Shown here one piece after another: positions 55,108 through 64,000 of a stretch of 64,000 bases of DNA. The stretch spans positions 16,480,001 to 16,544,000 of the forward strand of contig CP068257.2 in assembly GCA_009914755.4 (NCBI GenBank). Direction: 5' to 3'. Source of the stretch: the human T2T-CHM13v2.0 reference genome, Homo sapiens. A program made the translations under genes and the position numbers. The stretch's first letter is position 1, and each line of letters begins with the position of its first letter. The notes under the pieces are model-generated. The model was given only the letters and a program-made list of their open reading frames with translations, was not told the DNA's origin and ran no database searches.

Positions 55108-57899
55108 AAAGATATTGTTCCTTCCCTCCTGGAATTTATAATCAGATAAAGGAGACAGATGAAAAAGTAACCAATAAATGGAATACAGCTTGTAACAAAT
55201 TATATGGAACAAGCAAACGGTACTGAGATAGAGAGTATCAAAAGAGAGGCTGTTACTGGATAATCTGGAAAGTCCTCTTTGAGGAGATGACATTCAAACT
55301 AACCTTGAATTTTTAAGAGCCAGAGAGTGGCTGGCAAAGGATTCTAGACATGTGAAAGAAAGGCATGAAAGACCCTGGCTTGTGAAAAGAGCTAAAGACA
55401 ACATCATTGTGGCAATGGAGAAAACAAACCTTTTCTTTTGGTGAAGGGATTAGAAGTTCAGTTTTACAAATACTAATTTTGTTAAGTGTTTTAGACATCC
55501 AAAGAGATTTATAGTAGTAATTAAATATATAGATCTAAAACTCAAAAGAGTCTGAGGATGGAGAAATAATTGGAAAATAAAGACATGCCGGTTATATTTA
55601 AATCCATATGACTGAATAAGATCACCTAAGGAACAAGTTTATAAAAAGAAGATCAAGGACTGAAAAAACAGGAACAAAAACATTTAGAGATAAGTTAGAA
55701 GAATTGGCAAAGAAATATGTGAAAAAGAAGCTTAATGAGATTAAGAAAATCTGGAGAGTGTGAGGTCAGCTACTCTAGGTCCATTATTAGGGATACAGTT
55801 AAGACCTTCATGTAGTCTGTTAGTTATATCTGTTTCATAAAATCAAAGGCTAGAGCCTCTTAAAACAGTATGGTAAGATTTCATGTTCATTGTGCATATC
55901 TATATACTATAGCTAAAGACATCAATAGTTACTATAAACAACAGATAAAAATGAACACATATAAATGAACTTCATGATTTACTCTTGTTCTAAGATATGC
56001 ATAACAAAATGTACCATTGCCTCCCTTGTGTTGGCAAATACAATTAATTCCTTCAGAGTAGCGAAGTTTTGTTTGAGTTTTTTGAAGCTTGTTTATCTAA
56101 TGCTATCTATTGTCCTTGAGTTCAAGCAAAATTAGTATTTTTTCCAAAGATTAAAAACTATTGCAGAAAAGTATGCTTGAACTAAATGTATTTTCAGCCC
56201 AAGGATAAGTAGATTCAACTTTAGTGGCAATTTGAAACCAAAAAGGGTTTATTGAAATGGAGGAATGTTATGATCAAAGATGTAATTTAGGAAAATTATT
56301 TTATAGATAGGATGAAGGAGGGGTAGGAGAAGAGAAATTGGAGGCAAGAGTACAAGGATGATCAAGAGGGGATGAACATGTGACCCATGAGACAGGCAAC
56401 ATAAGGAAGACAAAAAGGAAAATAAACACAACATTCATTGCAGAAAGAAGATAAAACTTAATTATAGGTTGTTGGGGTAAGGGATTAGAAGGAATCCATT
56501 ATTTGCAGAGAGTCTTGAGCTATGAGGTTAATAACAAAATGTTATTAAAATTATATTAAAAAATAAAGAATTTAAATCAAGAATACACCACAATTTCTGA
56601 CTTCTTCATCAAAAAAGTCCAAAGTGTGATAATAATTATACAAATAATAACACTAACAAGGGCAGAAATTGCTATAGTATTCAGTATATACTAAGTACCA
56701 CATTAAGAGAATTAAATATATTATGGTAAATCCTACAAATGCAAGGCAGGCATTAGTAAACCTATTTTGTGGTTTAGTAAACAGGTTGAAAAAGTTTATG
56801 TAAATTGTTTAACATTCTTAAACAGCAAATAAACTGAATAACTGAGATTTAAATAATCCAGTTTCTTCTTACTCTAGAGTCTAGCTCTTTCCTTTATATA
56901 GATATTTATTGTTTGCTTCTTTTATATTTTTCTGTGTATGTAGCTTCAGCATAATTCATGGCACACAAAATTTACAAAATTATATTTTGACTTTATCTCA
57001 ATGGAATCCATGATGATCTGACACATTGGGCAATTTAGTATCAATCTACTTCACAAACAAATTATCTTTTGACCCAAAATTGAAATGCACAGATACTTCA
57101 TAGACAGAGGGATAATGCCAGAAAACGTGCCAACATTTGTGAACAAAATCGTACCAGTCTAGTCAATGAGTTAGGTTTCTTTAGGTTAAACTAATTATCA
57201 AAATTTTGTTCACTTTAAGATTTACTTAATGTTATATTATCTACTTGACAACATTAATGAATTATTTAAGATACACTTTGAAGAAAAATTAACTGAGTTT
57301 ATTCCATTGGTTTAGAGTGGCACATCACTGGTAAATTATTTATAATACATTTTCAGGAATAAACTTGAGTTTATTCAACTGGTTTAGAATAAACAAATTT
57401 GTTAATCTTTGAGAAAGCTATTTACTTGGTCCAAATAAAAATATCTATTTTCATTGAGAGCACTGCTGTGATGTTTCTCAATATTTTCATTTCCTCTCCA
57501 ATTTCCACAGTAGATCTAACCTTGAGAAATTCGCTTGGGATAAGTATTAGGCATCAGTCTCATGGTTGCTAATAATTAGCTTAGAGGTCTCCTAGTTGAT
57601 TAAGTGTAAAGCCACCACTTTTACAATGTAATTTTCTAATATAGTTCAAATTATACTTTGTGATATAAATTTCCTAACTATATACCAGACACAAGTTAAT
57701 TATTTTCATGAGGCTGTTTGAAAAGTCCGTATTCTACAGTATTTCCTTAGATTTTATGAGTTTTAGTGACATGAGGTGACAGTGGTAACTACAGGTACTA
57801 TTTTCTGCTTTGCAGTAGTTTGCTTTATCTTTTTCCTTTCCATGTCCAAAAGTAAGTTTTTATTTCAGATTATCACAATTCATATCACACTCATAACTA

Positions 57900-58335
57900 C
57901 AGTTGACCACTGAACAATGTGGTATTCATTGCTGGCCCCCCTTCCAGTTAAAATTTATGTGTAACTTTTGACTCCCCAAAAACTTAACTAATGAAAGTCT
58001 ACTGTTGACTGGAAACCTTAGTGATAACATAAACTATTGATTAACACATATTTTATCTGTTACATGTATTATATACTGTATTCTTGCAATAAAGTACACT
58101 AGAGAAAAGAAAATGTTAAGAAAATCATAAGGAAGAGGAAATACATTAACTATTCATTAAGTGGAAGTGAGTCATCCTACAGGTCTTCATCCCCACCCTC
58201 TTCATGCTGAGTAGGCTGAGGAGGAAGAAGAGGAGAAGGGGTTGGTCTTGCTCTCTCAGGGGTGGCAGAGGTGGAAGAAAATCTGTATATAAATGGCCTG
58301 TGCAGTTCAAATCTGTGTTGTTTAAGCATCAACCA
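57900..58335 (+). mobile_element. Tigger-family (TcMar) non-autonomous DNA transposon (about 435 bp) with terminal inverted repeats and flanking TA dinucleotides
   Basis: The 5' end is 'cagttgaccactgaacaatgtggtattcattgctgg...' and the 3' end is '...cagttcaaatctgtgttgtttaagcatcaacca', whose reverse complement 'tggttgatgcttaaacaacacagatttgaactg' pairs with the Tigger terminal inverted repeat 'cagttgacccttgaacaacacgggtttgaactg'. The interior 'aacttttgactccccaaaaacttaactaatgaaagtctactgttgactggaaaccttagtgataacataaactattgattaacacatattttatctgttacatgtattatatactgtattcttgcaataaagtacactagagaaaagaaaatgttaagaaaatcataaggaagag' is colinear with Tigger2/MER-type consensus. TA lies at 57898-57899 and 58336-58337. 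Confidence 0.7.
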
Positions 58336-59449
58336 TAGAGTTTAGTCATGTATGTTAGAAAGTGTTGTGGTTATCAATTGTTTTTGTTACTGTTGAGTTT
58401 CAGCTTTGATACACATACCCTATTTGTTTACTATGGGATTGCATCAGAGGATGGAGCCAATAAAGTAATGTCTTCTGGAAGTTTATCTTGTTTCTTGCCA
58501 GTTTTCCAAAACCCTGTCTTCTGTTGATAAGAATTAAATATTGTTAAAAAGAAAGCTAACCACCCCCAAGCACATAAACTTATCCTTGATATTGCTTTCA
58601 AACCTTTGAAACCTCAAGAAACTTGAGGCCTCAAGTTGAAAACCGCCATTTGTGGAGTTTTGAGGTGGTGCAGGACTTACCCATTTGCTTTGGAAAAAAT
58701 CTCGGTCAGGTTTCTCCTTTGGTCTCTATTTGTTCCACTTGCCCTTTGACCCACTTGACCCATTTCTGTCTTTAGTCCAAACACTTGGGAGTCAGCCTCT
58801 GTTCGTCGATTCCTGTCTTAATTACTTTGTTTTTCAGAATACCACCTTGAAATCATTTCTGTCATTCTACTCACCATTTTGAATTGATTCTATGTGGTTT
58901 CTGGTTTCAGATTTGCTAGCACCAACCTAAGCCAGTTACGGCTCTTGCTTTAGTATTTCTCATCAGCCTACTCTCAATTGGTAGAAACTTTTGCAAGTCC
59001 TCTTATTTCTACCACTCTAGAGTTGTGGCAGTTTTACCCTTTAGTCAAAGAACAGCTTTTGGGGATAAGTAAATCAAGAGGCCTTCACTTTATCTTGATT
59101 CTCCTGTTCTTGTTGGTATGTAGGGACCAATTATGTCTGATAATGACCTTTCTTTTTCCTCCACTCTCCTTTTCCTTGTACTTCACAGAGGACTCATGAG
59201 ATTTCTAAATGTAAACTCTTTACACAAGCAACATCAGGAATGTTTAGATATATATTTATGAATAAATTAAAATGTCTAAAATATTTCCATTTTTTGTCAA
59301 CGTACCTGTCTTAACACTGTAATTTTTAATTTTTGTTGACAACATATGACCTTCTTATTTATGTATTTTAATTGTGACATTGTTTAATAATTTTTATTAA
59401 CTGAAACAAATTTGAAGCATTTGGAGTGACTATAGGGTAGATATTAAGG

Positions 59450-59938
<489 letters not shown>

Positions 59939-60794
59939 CAATTATTGGTAACATCTTAAGACAAAGCTGTACTTTGAGAAACTGCATGTTTCCTGTTACA
60001 GAAATTTTTTAAAATCCACAGCTCAAAGTAGAAGTAACCTTGTATCTTCTTACGGTACATTATTACGTAGTTATTAATTTGCCTACACAATATTATCTCA
60101 GAAGGACTCCTGCCAATGTGGATGAGGCATTGTGTGTTGCTCAAGATCCCAGTGTTCACCCAGTTGGTGCAAATAAATACTGGAGCAAATTCTAAACGTG
60201 TGATCAAACAGGGTGTTTTAAAACTAGTTACACATATTTATCAGGCTACTGCAGGGGAGGCCAAATATTGTTTAGGAGTTTCGCATATGGAATCAGCTAG
60301 AATTACCTTCATCTTTTCTGCTCTTTACTAGGCTTATAAATTGGGGCAATTAATCAAAACTTTTTGAACTTCAATTTCTCCATGTGTAAACATATTAATA
60401 ACACTTATTTGTCAGAGGATTGTTAGGAGTATTAAATTAATTTGAATACAAAATGCTAAGCCTAGAACATAGTAAATGCTAAATAAATTATAATCAATAG
60501 CAACAGATTTTTATTAGTAGTGTCATTACTAGTCAATGTTACTAATATTATTTAGGCATTTAAATAGTACTTAGAGTACTTGTTATTATTTCTTTTATTC
60601 CTATTCCTATTTATTCTCAGGTAGGGTGAAGTGTTATGAATAGGAATGTGAAGGGAAGGGTGATATGTAATTTAACCTGGCACAAATGAATTGTGAACTG
60701 TTATGTATATGTTCATACATTATCACATTGTGAAAGTGTTGCACTGGAATATAACTCACATATAAAAATCACCCATTTGAAGTATATAATTTAA

Positions 60795-61184
<390 letters not shown>

Positions 61185-64000
61185 CAAGAATCACATCTTA
61201 TTCTCCCTCCTCCTAGGCAACCACTAATCTTCATTCTGCCTCTACACATTGACCATTCTGGACATTTTATATGAATGGAATCATATAGTAGATGGTCTCT
61301 TGTGACTGACTTCTTTCACTTAGGCTAATTCATTCCAAGGCTCCTCCATGTTGTAACATATATCAATACTTTATTTCAACACTTCATTTGTTTTTATTGC
61401 TAAATAATATTCCATTAATATTCCATCATGTGCATATATCACATTTTTTAATCCATTCTTCAGCTGATGGGAATATGAGTTATTTTCACTTTTTGAATAT
61501 TATTAATAATGCTGCTATGAACATTTGTGTGTACATTTTTGTGTGGAAATATGTTTTCAATCCTTTTGAGCCTATACCCTAGGAACAGAATTGCTGGGTA
61601 ATATGTTCATGCTGTTTATTTAACCTTTTGAGGAAGTGCTGATGGGAGAGTACTACTTTACCCTCCCATCAGCAACATACGGTATCAATTTGAATTGATA
61701 TCAGCATTACTTTGAAGACTACTCTTGAAATTTAATATGAGTAAAAAATTTGAGGTTCAGACAATTTAAGATGATCATCCATGGCTGTATCAAAAGAATA
61801 AAGTGAAGGCAGAAGTCAGGGTTTGAGCCTGGCTCTAGCTGGCTCTAAGGCCTGTGCTCTTTCTCCACTGGCATAAAAAGTCTTCAAGAAACATTAGCCG
61901 GTAACTATGTCTGGTGATGAATGTGTTAACTGACTTGATTGTGGTAATCATTTCAGAATGCATGAGTGTGTAAAATCATCACACTATACATCTTAAATAT
62001 GTACAATTTTGTCAGTTCTATCTCAATAAAGCTGGAAAAAAAGGATCTGTTGGTCCTTAATTTTCTGTTTAAAACACACTTTGCTTTTTATGATTTTATG
62101 TCCCATAGTTTAATAAAGCCTAATAAAAATACACTTATGGAAAGATGTAAAAATTCTATTTTAATAAATCCCATATCTCAGTGGGAAAAAAATTTATGCC
62201 CAATCAGTTTTATGTAAACTGACTCCAAAGTAAAAGTAAGTGCATTAGTCCTTCCTAGAACTACTTTATTCTTATTTTTTAAAAAAATACAAGGTGCAAA
62301 AAAAATCCCTGTTTATTCTGTCATTCTGTGGAACTTAGTCACAATGAAGTATTCTGGGTGCTGCTGCCTGCCACCCACTCTCTCCACATTTGTGCTACAA
62401 GAGTTAGTACAACCCAAAGTATATGGAGGTAGGCCAAGAGGGTAGCTTCCTGCCACTGTAATTCTGAGGTCATAAAGCCTATATCATACAAGGCTTATCA
62501 TGCAGAAAAGAAGGAAATTCTCCCTTATTGATTAAATACAAAAGCCACTTTGAAAAGAGGACAACCACTAAAAACCTCATTCCTTTTAAAATACACTTTA
62601 AAAATGTATTTAGAATAGGTGCATTTGGGGATCCCTTTCTCCAAGAACACACTTCACTCTCCCCCACATCTGTCATCAGGTTTTTTGGGGGGTGGCCCCT
62701 AAAATACTTGTTTATATTATATGCCTATGTTTATATGATGCTATTATCTTCTAATAGGAGATTGAACCAGGGCTTGGCTCAACCTATGCCAAACTGTCCT
62801 GCTTTCCGGAAATTTAAAATCAGGTTTAAGGGATTCTAGCTGCCATTTGGGATAAATTGTGCAAATTAAGAATTGTGGCAAACTGTCTTCTACCATGTCA
62901 TCTAAGTGCCTCTGCACCTTGTACATGAAGATGTACAAAGTAGAGGATTTGAAGAGATTCCAGTCCTCCTTGAGAAGCTGAATCTCAAAGCTGCCTTTGA
63001 TGTTTGTGAGATGTCCTTGATTTTTCTTAATAATTTTCTCTTTTTTTCCCTGGGATACCTTGAATTTCTGTTACTTATAAGCAAAAAACATTGATTCAAG
63101 TTGCCTAGATCCAGAAAAAGAAGGAAGTAAGGCTTTTCCCCATTTTGTTGTGGATTTGCAGATAGATTTGTGCCACAAAATGTCATAATTTTATACACAC
63201 TAATGTAACAAAGAGAAATCTTAACGAGATCGAGTGTTTTTCATGGTTCACTTAAGTAACTGGGGGAAGAGGCCACAGAGTAAGGTTGGAACTCTGTGTT
63301 CAATATTCGAATCTGAAGAAAAAGAAACGATCAGTTGAATGTTGTGGTGATCTGTATCATTTGAATGTGAACTTTCTTTTGCAACAGCGAAGTTCTAGCT
63401 TTTTGAAAGTCTGATTGTTTTTTAGCCTGAAAACACATTCCCCATGACTTTTTTCTTTTTTTAAAAAAACCTCATTAAAAGTGTAGTATTAAAGGTTTAC
63501 TTTTCAAATGCTTATTTTTACTTTGGACTCAAAATGAGATTTAATTACATGAATTGTGATTTGAAATTAGTTTACTCTTTCTAATAATAGACTTACAGTT
63601 TCACGTACTTTTCTAATTTTGTATTGCTAAAAATAGCATACAAAGCATCCTAAGAAAATCAGTAATTTGATGATTTGGGGAAGAAAAGCGATTTTGAGTA
63701 AAGTAGGTAACTGGAAATGATATTTCTGCAGAGGTGACTAATTTCAGTGTTTGAAAGTTTCTTTTATATAAATACATATCTGTAATTTTGAAAATGTTTG
63801 AAAAATATTGACCTTATGTTTTGAAACACAGAATGTATGTAAATTCTTTCAGTATAATACTAAGTGAAATTTAGACTGATGAGGAATTTGAGAAAAATCA
63901 AGTTAAAATGCTTATATTATTAATATCATATTTTTGAAGAATTAAATGATGATAGGAATAAGCACATTTGGTTTCAGTTTTAGAGAGTCTGAAATAGGCA

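Overview
This window reads as primate, almost certainly human, nuclear DNA from an AT-rich, gene-poor intergenic or deep-intronic region. It is not prokaryotic or phage sequence. At least 11 full or near-full Alu elements (S, Y and Yb lineages) with poly(A) tails and target-site duplications are present, plus several partial Alus and a free left monomer. Other repeats include two antisense L1 fragments with ORF2 remnants, several MIR SINE fragments, MaLR/ERVL LTRs (THE1/MST-like and MLT2-like), DNA-transposon fossils (MER1, Tigger-type, a hAT-like MITE) and many (GT)n, (CT)n, (TA)n and mononucleotide microsatellites. The six-frame ORFs supplied are all short and almost all sit inside these repeats or microsatellites. 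I cannot support any protein-coding gene, RNA gene, CRISPR array, operon or defence-island-like architecture. The prompt raised the possibility of a novel system; what the sequence actually shows is a mosaic of retrotransposon and DNA-transposon fossils. The items most worth checking are: (1) an AluYb8/9-like insertion with a 28-nt pure poly-T tail and perfect 11-bp target-site duplication, nested inside an old L1, which may be insertion-polymorphic in humans; (2) an inverted Alu pair about 490 bp apart; (3) independent microsatellite expansions at the homologous internal position of two MLT2-like LTR copies; (4) a compound (TA)n-TCTTGG higher-order AT repeat; (5) a roughly 90-bp segment duplicated 1.36 kb apart; (6) one short, weak candidate exon with canonical acceptor and donor sites. 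All coordinates are from reading by eye and repeat-family names are from memory of consensus sequences. Treat the family labels as provisional until RepeatMasker/Dfam is run.
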